Shown here: positions 35,464 to 44,179 of the stretch, piece after piece | Layout of the letters: the number at the start of each line of letters is the position of its first letter | Position numbering within the stretch: position 1 is the stretch's first letter | Assembly (NCBI GenBank): GCA_040902845.1 | Contig: JBBDWM010000034.1 | Span: 147,001 to 211,000 of the forward strand | Source: Acidimicrobiia bacterium | Lineage (GTDB): Bacteria > Actinomycetota > Acidimicrobiia > Spongiisociales > ZC4RG35 | DNA: 64,000 bases | Reading direction: 5' to 3' | The notes under the pieces: generated by a model | Database searches by the model: none | What the model was told of the DNA's origin: nothing | The model's input: only the letters and a program-made list of their open reading frames with translations | Position numbers and translations under genes: made by a program

Positions 35464-35796
35464 TCAGGAGGCGTCGCGGAACTTCTTCAACTCCTGGCGC
35501 TCGCCAAGTCTCTTCCGTCTCCGCCGGCGATAGAACATCCCGAACAACTCAACGAGTAGGACCACGACCGCGACTGTGATCAGGATCACCAATGCGAGCG
35601 GGTACTCACCGTCCAGCCACAGGAACTCGACCGGCACCGGATCGGTGTTCTGGATGGCGAAGACGACCAGCAGAGCCAATCCCAGGAGAATGATCACCGC
35701 CCCCCAGGCAACCCCCGACCCTGCGTGGGTGACCTGAGTAGTCCCGCCCAGGGTTTCCTCGGGTGGCTCGGCAGGATTCAGGGAGTCATCGGACAT
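35464..35796 (-). CDS. small membrane protein (LapA/DUF1049-like), hypothetical
   Basis: Two TM helices (GAVIILLGLALLVVFAI, LALVILITVAVVVLLVELF) followed by an RRRRRKR basic tail. Confidence 0.55.
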   Translation of the reverse strand: MSDDSLNPAEPPEETLGGTTQVTHAGSGVAWGAVIILLGLALLVVFAIQNTDPVPVEFLWLDGEYPLALVILITVAVVVLLVELFGMFYRRRRRKRLGERQELKKFRDAS

Positions 35797-35806
35797 GTGC
35801 CCCAGG

Positions 35807-37155
35807 CTACGTGGTCGTGACCGTCACCCGAAGGGATTCACGATTGCTCCGACCCTGCTCGATGTCCACGGTCCTGAACAGGAGACCGCCCACGATGAAG
35901 AAGAGTGCGATGGAGAGGATCGCCCAACGCGCAGAGCCAGTGGTCTGGCGGACCAGAGCAAAGATCCACGGTCCCCAGATGGCGCTGAACTTGGAGAAGA
36001 CGGAGAAGAACCCGTAGAACTCGGCCGACTGCTCCTCGGGGATCATCGACCCATAGAGGCTGCGGGACAGGGCTTGGGTCCCGCCCAACACGAATCCGAT
36101 CAGGATGGCCAAGGCGAGAAACGGTCCGGCGGCGCCCACCGGCAGGAAGTAGGCGGCCACCGACACCGAGGCCCAGACCATGATGCTGGTCAGGAGGGCT
36201 CGTTTGGTGCCGACCCGCACCGCATAGCGACCGAACCCCATGGCCCCGAAGAAGGCGACGAACTGGACCAACAGCACGGCGACGATGACGATCGTGATCC
36301 CGAGCTCGAGGGTTTCCGTGGCGTAGATGGAGGCCATCGCAATGGTGGTCTGGACCCCATCGTTGAAGAGGATGAAGGCGACGACGAAGACCAGCAGGGG
36401 CCGGTTGTGAATGACCCGTCCGGTCGTCTTGATGGTCTGGGAGAACCCGATCCGAACATATCTGGCCCATCCCGGACGCGGTTGGCCGGGGAGGACCGAG
36501 GAATGCCCGGTCTCGGGGAAGCCACGCAGGGCCTTGACCGAGAAGGCCAGCCACCAAACTCCAACCGAGCCGAGAGCGATCCGGGTGGCCAGGATCGGGT
36601 CGAGGGGTATGAACCCGGCGTCGGAGCCCTGGATCAAGATGAGGGAGAGCAGTAGATGCACGCCGCCTCCGATGTATCCCCAGGCGAACCCGCGTGAGCT
36701 GACCATGTCGATGGTGTCGTCGGTGGTGAGATCGGGGAGGAATGCGTCATAGAAGACGTTGGCGCCGACGAACCCGAGATGGGCGAACAGGAACAGTCCC
36801 AGGGTGAGGGCGACATCGCCGGACATCGAAAAGAACAGCAGCGAGGTGAACAGGGCGCCCCAGGTGGCGAAGACCGTGAGGAATCGCTTCTTCGACGCCG
36901 AGTAGTCGGCGATGGGCCGAGGATCGGTGTGGCGAGGAACATGATCAGCGGCCCGAACCCGACGGTGACGGCCCACAGGTCCTGACCGGTCCACAACCTC
37001 CCCAGGAACTCCACATCTGAGTCCCCAACCACCTCGGAGGCGAAGTAGGCAGGGAGGACGGCAGCCAGAATCGTTGTGGCATAGGCCGAATTGGCCCAGT
37101 CGTAGGTGACCCAGCCCCGGATGGCTCCGGGGTCGTTCTTGAAGCCACTGCTCAC
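35807..37155 (-). pseudogene. MFS transporter (UMF1 subfamily), disrupted by a -1 frameshift near 36915
   Basis: The N-terminal frame (from 37155) reads MSSGFKNDPGAIRGWVTYDWANSAYATTILAAVLPAYF...ATPILG then becomes nonsense. The second frame resumes with PIADYSASKKRFLTVFATWGALF...YDAFLPD..., colinear with the intact paralog at 26301-27575. A single missing base (ggcGcc to ggccc) explains the shift. Confidence 0.55.
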
Positions 37156-37188
37156 GGTCGCCGCAACCTAGACATAATCTGTCGCCCC

Positions 37189-38388
37189 ATGCGCCCTGGA
37201 CTGATCTCGATCTTGCTCGTAGTTTCGGCATGCACCGGTGCCCCGGAAATCGCCACTTCCACGTCCGCGGATGCAGCCACCTCGTCGACCCACCCCAACA
37301 CCACGACCCTGGCAACGACGACGACCTTGGCAACGACGACGACCTTGGCAACGACGACGACCTTGGCAACGACGACCACATTGGAGTCGCTGCAGTCACT
37401 TGCCTATCGGGAGTTGGCCACTATGCCGTTCCCGGTCCAGGTCGTGGCCCGGCCCGGCGATGAGTCTGCCTATGTGATCACCAAAGGAGGCCAGATCTGG
37501 CTGCTGGTCGCAGGCGAGGTGGCGCCCGAGCCGGTGCTCGACATCTCGGACCGGGTGCGGAGCCAGGACGAGCAGGGCCTGCTTTCGATGGCACTTCATC
37601 CGACCGACCCGAGCCGGTTCTATCTCCATTACTCCGACGACGCCGGAGACACCGTGGTCTCCGAGTTCACCTTCCTCTCACCGACTCAGGCCGACCCGGA
37701 AAGCGAGCGGGTGTTGTTCCAGGCCGAGCAGCCGGCGCCGAATCACAACGGCGGCATGCTCCAATTCGCCCCCGACGATGCCCTACTGCTCGGGCTCGGC
37801 GACGGGGGAGGCTCCGGTGACCGCTACAACAATGGTCAGAACCCCGACTCCCTGCTGGCGGGGCTGGTCGCCGTAGACGTCGATGGAGGGACCGCGCCTG
37901 CCTCCTATGCCAAGGGCTTGCGCAATCCCTGGCGCTTTTGGATCGACGGCGACCTGATCTATGTGGCCGACGTCGGGCAGGATATTTTCGAGGAGGTCGA
38001 TGTGGTTCCCCTCGAGTCTGGCCACAATTTCGGTTGGCCGATCGCCGAGGGGCTTCATTGCTTCAACGCCCCGGTTTGCGACACCTCGGGCCAGGTGATC
38101 CCTGTGATAGAGATTCGACATGGTGACGCCGGCACCTGTTCGATCACGGGGGGCGTCGTCTATCGAGGCGCTGCGATCCCGGAATTGGACGGTGTCTATC
38201 TCTACTCCGACTATTGCGGCGGATGGCTCCGCTCGTTCCGTTACACCAATGGAGCCGCTGTCGACCAGACCGATTGGACCGATCAGGTCGGGGTACCGGG
38301 TCGGGTGACCAGTTTTGGCGTCGATGGCTCAGGAGAGGTCTATGTGACCACCATCGAGGGTCTGTTTGCCCTCGTCCCCGTTCGCTGA
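37189..38388 (+). CDS. PQQ-dependent sugar dehydrogenase (soluble glucose/sorbosone dehydrogenase family, beta-propeller); lipoprotein with a repeat linker
   Basis: Signal/lipobox LLVVSACTG. Propeller motifs LSMALHP, NHNGGMLQFAPDD, LLLGLGDGGG, NFGWP, YSDYCGGW. Thr-rich TTTTLA repeat linker after the signal peptide. Confidence 0.75.
   Translation: MRPGLISILLVVSACTGAPEIATSTSADAATSSTHPNTTTLATTTTLATTTTLATTTTLATTTTLESLQSLAYRELATMPFPVQVVARPGDESAYVITKGGQIWLLVAGEVAPEPVLDISDRVRSQDEQGLLSMALHPTDPSRFYLHYSDDAGDTVVSEFTFLSPTQADPESERVLFQAEQPAPNHNGGMLQFAPDDALLLGLGDGGGSGDRYNNGQNPDSLLAGLVAVDVDGGTAPASYAKGLRNPWRFWIDGDLIYVADVGQDIFEEVDVVPLESGHNFGWPIAEGLHCFNAPVCDTSGQVIPVIEIRHGDAGTCSITGGVVYRGAAIPELDGVYLYSDYCGGWLRSFRYTNGAAVDQTDWTDQVGVPGRVTSFGVDGSGEVYVTTIEGLFALVPVR
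37297..37386 (+). repeat. 18-bp coding tandem repeat, five units (three perfect acgacgacgaccttggca), encoding (T)TTTLA x5
   Basis: Direct reading: aacaccacgaccctggca / acgacgacgaccttggca x3 / acgacgaccacattggag. Lies in the linker of the PQQ-dehydrogenase lipoprotein. Confidence 0.9.
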
Positions 38389-38412
38389 TCCCGTCTGAAT
38401 AGGCTCCTGCCG

Positions 38413-38835
38413 ATGGCCACCCTGTTCACCAGAATCATCGAGGGCGAGATTCCGGCGACCTTTGTCTGGAAGGACGAACTCTCGGTCGCCTTCATGTCGA
38501 TCAACCCGCTCCGGCCGGGGCACACCCTCGTGGTCCCCCGCGAGGAGGTGGATCACTGGATCGACTGCCCTTCTGCCCTACGCGAGCACCTCCTGGATGT
38601 CGCCCGCGACATCGGCCAGGCCCAGCAAAGGGCCTTTCGCCCGGAGCGGATCGGACTCGTGATCGCCGGGCTCGAGGTGCCACATCTTCATCTCCATGTG
38701 GTCCCGATCAACGGAGCAGCGGACCTCGATTTCTCGAACGCAGCCAAGACCGTCGACGGAAAGGCGTTGGAGGAGTCGGCCTCAGCGATCCGTTACATCC
38801 TTCGCTCGATGGGATCGACCGGAGTCGTCGACTAG
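38413..38835 (+). CDS. HIT (histidine triad) family protein
   Basis: HxHxHxx motif EVPHLHLHVVP. N-terminal FTRIIEGEIPATFVWKDE. 140 aa. Confidence 0.9.
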   Translation: MATLFTRIIEGEIPATFVWKDELSVAFMSINPLRPGHTLVVPREEVDHWIDCPSALREHLLDVARDIGQAQQRAFRPERIGLVIAGLEVPHLHLHVVPINGAADLDFSNAAKTVDGKALEESASAIRYILRSMGSTGVVD

Positions 38836-39666
38836 GTGGAGGTCATCCTCGGGGGACTGACCTCGATCCTCTACGGCGTCGCTGATTTCCTGGGCGGCGA
38901 AGGCGCCAAGCGAGCCCCAGCCGCCTCTGTGGTTCTCTGGGCTGGCGTCTTCAGCTTCCCTATTGTCGTGGTCGTTGCCCTGGTCGTGGGGGGTGAGACT
39001 TCGCCGGGGGACTATCTGATAGGTAGCGCCGCCGGTGTGTCCGGAGCGTTCGGGCTCGTGCTGCTCTTCGCCGGGTTGGGTCGGGGGCACGCGGCTGCGG
39101 TGGCTCCGGTGTCTGCTGCCCTTGCCGCGATCGTCCCTGTGGTTGGCGCCGTGATTGGGGGTGAACGGCCCTCGACTCTGGCGTGGATCGGTGTGGGTGT
39201 GGCCGTTCCAGCCATCGTCCTCTGCGCATGGGTGGCCGATCCGGGAGACACACTCGGCGGCGGTGTTCTCTACGGGCTAGCGGCCGGGCTCGGTTTCGGC
39301 GGATTTGCGGCAATCATCAGGTTTACCTCAACCGATTCCAACCTCCTGCCTTTGATCGCATCGCGTGGTGCCACGATGGTCATCGTCCTTTCTTTGACCG
39401 CGGTGGGCGTGTGGAAGTTGGTGGGATTCAAGTCGCTGCCACGTCCGGTGGTCCTGGGTAGCGGACTTCTTGACGTCGCCGGGAATGTCACCCTGTTGCT
39501 GGCGCTTCGCGCCGGTTCCGTGGCGGCGGCGGCCGTGGCGGCGTCCTTCTATCCGGTGGTCACGGTGACATTGGCCGGGTTCGTCAACTCGGAGCACCTA
39601 CGCACCCGGCAGGCTCTGGGTCTCGGACTGGCACTCGCGGCGATGGTTGCAATCACCCTGGGATGA
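38836..39666 (+). CDS. EamA/DMT superfamily transporter
   Basis: Ten predicted TM helices, Gly/Ala-rich. Starts at a GTG abutting the HIT stop. Confidence 0.7.
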   Translation: MEVILGGLTSILYGVADFLGGEGAKRAPAASVVLWAGVFSFPIVVVVALVVGGETSPGDYLIGSAAGVSGAFGLVLLFAGLGRGHAAAVAPVSAALAAIVPVVGAVIGGERPSTLAWIGVGVAVPAIVLCAWVADPGDTLGGGVLYGLAAGLGFGGFAAIIRFTSTDSNLLPLIASRGATMVIVLSLTAVGVWKLVGFKSLPRPVVLGSGLLDVAGNVTLLLALRAGSVAAAAVAASFYPVVTVTLAGFVNSEHLRTRQALGLGLALAAMVAITLG

Positions 39667-40101
39667 TTATCCCCTTACCACCAGCCAGGTCCCGAGGATC
39701 ACCAAACCCATCCCTAGCGCCCGTGGGCCGTCCACCAGGCGCGCCTCAGCGAACCACCCCAGGTGCTCGATCGCGGCCCCGAGGATCAGGGTGGCCGCGG
39801 TGAACAGGGTGAGGCCTGCGCCGAGACCGAGGCGGTCGACGGTGATTCCAAGGGCCGACACAATCACCAACCCCATCAGACCGGCAGTGAACACCCACCA
39901 GGGAAGGCCCTTGAGCTCGCCCAAGCGGCCTCCGCGGAGGGCAAGCATGAGGAGCCCGACGGCGAGGCCTCCGCCTCCGTAGGTTACGAACGTCGAGGCG
40001 AGGGTGCCTACGCGTTGCTCCATCACTCCCAGAAACTGTGACTGCAGGGCGCCGGCCAACCCACCAACGGCCCCCACCAGGACAACAAAAATGAAACTCA
40101 T
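39667..40101 (-). CDS. DMT superfamily small transporter (YdcZ/DUF606-like)
   Basis: Four TM helices, ~144 aa, with a MSFIFVVLVGAVGGLAGALQSQF start typical of DUF606. Confidence 0.6.
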   Translation of the reverse strand: MSFIFVVLVGAVGGLAGALQSQFLGVMEQRVGTLASTFVTYGGGGLAVGLLMLALRGGRLGELKGLPWWVFTAGLMGLVIVSALGITVDRLGLGAGLTLFTAATLILGAAIEHLGWFAEARLVDGPRALGMGLVILGTWLVVRG

Positions 40102-40171
40102 GATTGGCTAAGACTGGTCGGTTCACACGTGTCCTTGGTGGATCGGTGAGGCTCGGAGGCGACCCGATGGT

Positions 40172-40666
40172 TCATTCGAGGGGGATTTCCCACTCGTAGG
40201 AGAATTTGGCGACTCGGAGTATCAGTGAAGTCTCAACTCTGGTCACCCCCTGCATGTGACCCAGGCTCTGTGATACGAACTCGAGAAGATGCTCCTGGTC
40301 ATGAAAGAAGGCTTCGACGATCACGTCGTGGCGACCGGTGGCCATACCGACGTATCTCACCTCTGGGTGGGTCATCAACTCGGCGACTATCTCTTCCATC
40401 ATCGGGAGTGATACCGATATCCCGAGAATGGCCGACATGGTCATGCCCACCGCTCTCGGCGTGGGCACCGCCACGATGTTGATGAGGTCGTCCTCGATCA
40501 GTCGTGAGATCCGGTTCCTGACGGTGGCTTCGCTCACATTGAGCAATCGCGCCACTTCACGGTTCGAGGTGCGACCGTTCTTCTGGAGGATGGCCACGAT
40601 TCGACGGTCGATCTCGTCGAGACCTCCGCGTCGACCGACATTCCGCATCGGCTGCTGGCTACTCAT
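40172..40666 (-). CDS. Lrp/AsnC family transcriptional regulator
   Basis: LDEIDRRIVAILQKNGRTSNREVARLLNVSEATVRNRISRL HTH, plus a RAM ligand-binding domain. Confidence 0.9.
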   Translation of the reverse strand: MSSQQPMRNVGRRGGLDEIDRRIVAILQKNGRTSNREVARLLNVSEATVRNRISRLIEDDLINIVAVPTPRAVGMTMSAILGISVSLPMMEEIVAELMTHPEVRYVGMATGRHDVIVEAFFHDQEHLLEFVSQSLGHMQGVTRVETSLILRVAKFSYEWEIPLE

Positions 40667-40669
40667 AAC

Positions 40670-40710
40670 GCACTATGCAAGCCCCCAGGGTTCGCATATG
40701 CAACAAATGA
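40670..40710. promoter_or_regulatory. candidate Lrp operator: TATGCAA direct repeat and perfect palindrome GCATATGC (40694-40701) in the lrp / permease divergent intergenic region
   Basis: Seen directly. Lrp-family proteins autoregulate through AT-rich dyads near their own start. Confidence 0.3.
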
Positions 40711-40785
40711 GGGGGTGATATTCACGACACGCGCCTCTTTTTGACCCCTACAGTGTCGACACGCGCAGTCTGTAAGGAGGTCGTC

Positions 40786-42438
40786 GTGACAGAACCGGAC
40801 ACCACCGGCTCCCGCCCCGGTGTGTTTTCCAGACCCGCATCGGGCCTGATCCGGGTGGCTGGGTCGACCGACGTCTTCATCTTCAATGTCGGGCTGGTCT
40901 CGATCGGCATCGCGATCGCATTCAACCAGTTGTACGGTCCGAGTCTCTACCCGGGCTCCGCTCCCTGGATCTCGACCCTGCTGGCCGTTGCCGGGATGCT
41001 GTTCGTAGCCATGACGTTCTATTCGTGGTCGATCACGTTCCCGAGGTCGGGTGGAGTGTACGTATCACTGTCGCGTTCGGTGAGCCCGGGCGTCGGGTTC
41101 GTGCTTTCTCTCATAGAGACCATGATCCTGATGTATTACGCGGCGTTAGCGTCTGCCCTGATCGCCACCGTTGGCCTTTCTTCGTTCTTCGGGACGGTTG
41201 GCTTCATCGGTGAGAGTGACATGCTCATTTCGTGGGCAACGTGGACGTCGTCACCGCAGGGAATCTTCTGGATCGGGACCGGGGTGCTGGTTCTTGCAGG
41301 CATCCTCCTTACGCTGGGAACCCGTCGCTACTTCGCGGTGCAGAAGGTGCTGTTCGCCGTGGCGGTCATAGGCACCCTGGTCATCATTGGGGTGTTGCTC
41401 TTTGGTGACACAGCCACCTTCTTCTCCAATTTCGAGAGGTTCACCGGCCTGACCGAACAGCAGGTGATTTCTGGAGCAGCGGAACTGGGCTGGGCATCGG
41501 CGCCAATCAGCTTTAGCGCTTCGTGGGCTTTTCTCGTTTGGCCCCTCCTTCCCCTCCTTGGGGCGGTGCAATCGGTCGGCATAGGCGGGGAGATCAAATC
41601 GGTCCGGCGCAGCCAGATGTATGGAATGCTCGGTGCGCTCATCAGCACGGGCCTAGTCATCGCATTGGTCGACATCCTGGCCACCAGGGTCTTCGGATAC
41701 GACTTCCAGGGAGCAATCGGATTCAATTCGATCGTTGGGCTCGTCGATCCTTCGACGAATGCCTGGGCTCTGTCGACTGAATCGTCGATCGGGGCCAGTC
41801 CTTGGTTCACGGTCTTGGTGGGAATCCTGGCTGACAATCTGCTCATAGTGGTCATCGTGATGGCGACCTTCGTTGCCTGGATCTGGTTCTGGGTGCCGGC
41901 CGAGATCGCATACACGACGAGAACGATGATCGCCTGGTCGTTCGACAGAATTGCCCCCGACCGACTCGGCGCGGTGAGCGAGCGCTACAACACCCCGACC
42001 ATGGCGATCTGGCTGTCGACAGCAGGTTCCATCGTCTTCATGTGGTTCATCGCCTTTCAGGCGATCGCCTTGCTCACATTGATCGAGGCTCTGACGATCG
42101 TCTGGGGCACGGCCATGGTTGCGGCGATCGTGTTCCCCAAGACCCGTCCCAACCTCTTCAAAGCCTCACCGGCCTCTGAACAACGCCTGTTTGGTATTCC
42201 TCTGATGACGATCTCGGGGACGGTGGCGGCTGTCTTCATGCTCGTTGTCCTGATCATGTTGTGGGTCGATCCCAATGCCGCCGGACCCCTGTTCTCATCG
42301 GAGACGATTCGGGGCGAGTTCTGGCTGCTCGTAGGCGTGGTCGTGTTTGGCATCGTGTGGTATCTAGGGGCGAAGGCCTACCGCCGCAGGCAAGGCATCG
42401 ATATCTCATTGGCGTTCAAGCAGATTCCTATCGAGTGA
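40786..42438 (+). CDS. APC (amino acid-polyamine-organocation) superfamily permease
   Basis: 12-13 TM helices with APC-type architecture. GTG start at 40786 preceded by AAGGAGG. Divergent from lrp. Confidence 0.8.
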   Translation: MTEPDTTGSRPGVFSRPASGLIRVAGSTDVFIFNVGLVSIGIAIAFNQLYGPSLYPGSAPWISTLLAVAGMLFVAMTFYSWSITFPRSGGVYVSLSRSVSPGVGFVLSLIETMILMYYAALASALIATVGLSSFFGTVGFIGESDMLISWATWTSSPQGIFWIGTGVLVLAGILLTLGTRRYFAVQKVLFAVAVIGTLVIIGVLLFGDTATFFSNFERFTGLTEQQVISGAAELGWASAPISFSASWAFLVWPLLPLLGAVQSVGIGGEIKSVRRSQMYGMLGALISTGLVIALVDILATRVFGYDFQGAIGFNSIVGLVDPSTNAWALSTESSIGASPWFTVLVGILADNLLIVVIVMATFVAWIWFWVPAEIAYTTRTMIAWSFDRIAPDRLGAVSERYNTPTMAIWLSTAGSIVFMWFIAFQAIALLTLIEALTIVWGTAMVAAIVFPKTRPNLFKASPASEQRLFGIPLMTISGTVAAVFMLVVLIMLWVDPNAAGPLFSSETIRGEFWLLVGVVVFGIVWYLGAKAYRRRQGIDISLAFKQIPIE

Positions 42439-43172
42439 ACGGGCTTGAGAAGCTGAGCGCGGAGGCAGCTCGCCTGATCGACGACGCCTCTCGAGTCGGC
42501 CTTGTGCTGAGAGCCCTCGGTTCTGTCGGCGTTCGTTTGCATTGCCAGACCAGTTCGATCGAGATGGATCAACGTGATCGGTACCCCAAGGACATCGACT
42601 TGATCACGCGAAAGGATGACCGGCGCGGTTTGAGGCAGTTCCTCGAGGGGGAAGGATACGCGGTCGATCGAAACATGCTCGTCGCGATGGAGGGTACGAG
42701 GTATCTGTTCCGCAACCCCGAGAAGGAAGTCGACATCGATGTGTGGGTGGACATCCTCGATCTGTGTCATCGACTCGATGTGACTCATCGGATGGGTGAG
42801 GGGCCAAGCCTGTCCATCGAGGATCTGATTCTCTCCAAGCTCCAGATTGTCGAGCTGACCGAAAACGACACCCACGACCTGGCTGCCATGCTCTCAGCTC
42901 ATGAGACGAAAGAGACCGACTCCGATGCCGAGGTGATAGATCTTTCCTACCTCACCAGCGTGTTGTCCAACGACTGGGGGTTCTGGCGGACCGCCACCGG
43001 CAACCTGATGAGGATCATGCCCGAACTCGGTCCGGTCGCTCACGAACGGGCGGCGGAGATCCTGAACCGGGTCGAGGACGCTCCAAAAGGGGTCAAATGG
43101 AAGCTTCGGGCGAAGGTAGGGGAGCGTGTCCAATGGTGGCAGGATGTTGATATCCCAAGGGATACCTACTGA
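42435..43172 (+). CDS. putative nucleotidyltransferase-fold protein (hypothetical)
   Basis: ALGSVGVRLHC...DIDLI fits the Pol-beta-like NTase motif hG[GS]x9-13Dh[DE]h. GTGA overlap with the permease stop. Confidence 0.4.
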   Translation: MNGLEKLSAEAARLIDDASRVGLVLRALGSVGVRLHCQTSSIEMDQRDRYPKDIDLITRKDDRRGLRQFLEGEGYAVDRNMLVAMEGTRYLFRNPEKEVDIDVWVDILDLCHRLDVTHRMGEGPSLSIEDLILSKLQIVELTENDTHDLAAMLSAHETKETDSDAEVIDLSYLTSVLSNDWGFWRTATGNLMRIMPELGPVAHERAAEILNRVEDAPKGVKWKLRAKVGERVQWWQDVDIPRDTY

Positions 43173-44161
43173 TGGCGCTGCTTAAGCGATCCCAAGGGGC
43201 CCGACCAGAAGGCGTGAATCTGTTCTTCGCCAGTGACATCCACGGGTCCGATGTCTGTTGGCGCAAGTTCATCGCGGCGGCCAGATTCTACGAGGCCGAC
43301 ACTCTGATCCTAGGTGGCGACTTCACGGGCAAATTGGTGGTCCCGGTAGTCGACCAGGGGGGTGGTCGATTCCAGGCCCATTTCCTGGGAAAGGACCATG
43401 AGTTGGTTCGCGACGATCTTCCCGAATTCAATCGTCGGATTGCTGACGCCGGTTTCTATTCGGTTGAGATGGGGCCGGACCGCTTGAGCGAGCTGGAGAG
43501 CGATCCAGAAGGGATCACGTCGATCTTCGAAGAGCTCATGACATCCCGGCTGATCGAATGGATAGCCCTTGCGCGAGAGCGATTGGCAGGGACCGGGGTT
43601 CGAGTCCTCACCGCCCCGGCTAACGATGATCCCTACTTCATCGATGGTGTAATCGCATCGCACGGGGGCGACGTATTCGTCAACGTCGAGGATCAGGTCG
43701 TCGAGCTCGCTCCGGGACACGAGATGATCTCTAGTGGTTACACCAACCGCACTCCCTGGGATACCCCGCGGGAATTCGACGAGGACGAGATCAAGGCTCA
43801 TGTCGATCAGATGGTGACACGCCTTTCCGACGTCGAGTCGGCAGTTTTCAATCTTCATCCCCCGCCCTTCGGCACGAATCTCGATCCCGCACCGAAGTTG
43901 AACGACGACCTTGAGGTGGTGACCTCGACGGGAGCAACCGTCATGGAGCACGTCGGCTCGAAGGCTGTGCTTGCGGCCATCACAGAGCACCAGCCGTTGA
44001 TCAGTCTCCACGGCCACATCCACGAGTCGGCAGGACAGGTGCGAATTGGCCGCACGATTGCGATCAATCCGGGTTCGGAGTATGGCGAGGGGATTCTCAA
44101 GGGCGCTTTGGTTCGGATCGGGGGCGGTCGGGTCCACAGCTACCAGGCGACATCAGGATGA
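43172..44161 (+). CDS. metallophosphoesterase (calcineurin-like)
   Basis: FFASDIHGS, LILGGDFTG and HGHIHES motifs. TGATG overlap with the preceding gene. Confidence 0.8.
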   Translation: MALLKRSQGARPEGVNLFFASDIHGSDVCWRKFIAAARFYEADTLILGGDFTGKLVVPVVDQGGGRFQAHFLGKDHELVRDDLPEFNRRIADAGFYSVEMGPDRLSELESDPEGITSIFEELMTSRLIEWIALARERLAGTGVRVLTAPANDDPYFIDGVIASHGGDVFVNVEDQVVELAPGHEMISSGYTNRTPWDTPREFDEDEIKAHVDQMVTRLSDVESAVFNLHPPPFGTNLDPAPKLNDDLEVVTSTGATVMEHVGSKAVLAAITEHQPLISLHGHIHESAGQVRIGRTIAINPGSEYGEGILKGALVRIGGGRVHSYQATSG

Positions 44162-44179
44162 CAGGAGGTCAATCTGCGG

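Noticed and set aside
37152-37379. 75-aa minus-strand ORF encoding a VVVAK repeat
   Set aside because: It is the antisense reading of the 18-bp tandem repeat inside the PQQ-dehydrogenase lipoprotein gene, so it is a mirror artefact.
37297-37386. Possible CRISPR-like array
   Set aside because: The repeats are directly abutting 18-bp units with no spacers, in frame within a coding sequence (a TTTTLA linker). No cas genes are present, so it is not a CRISPR.
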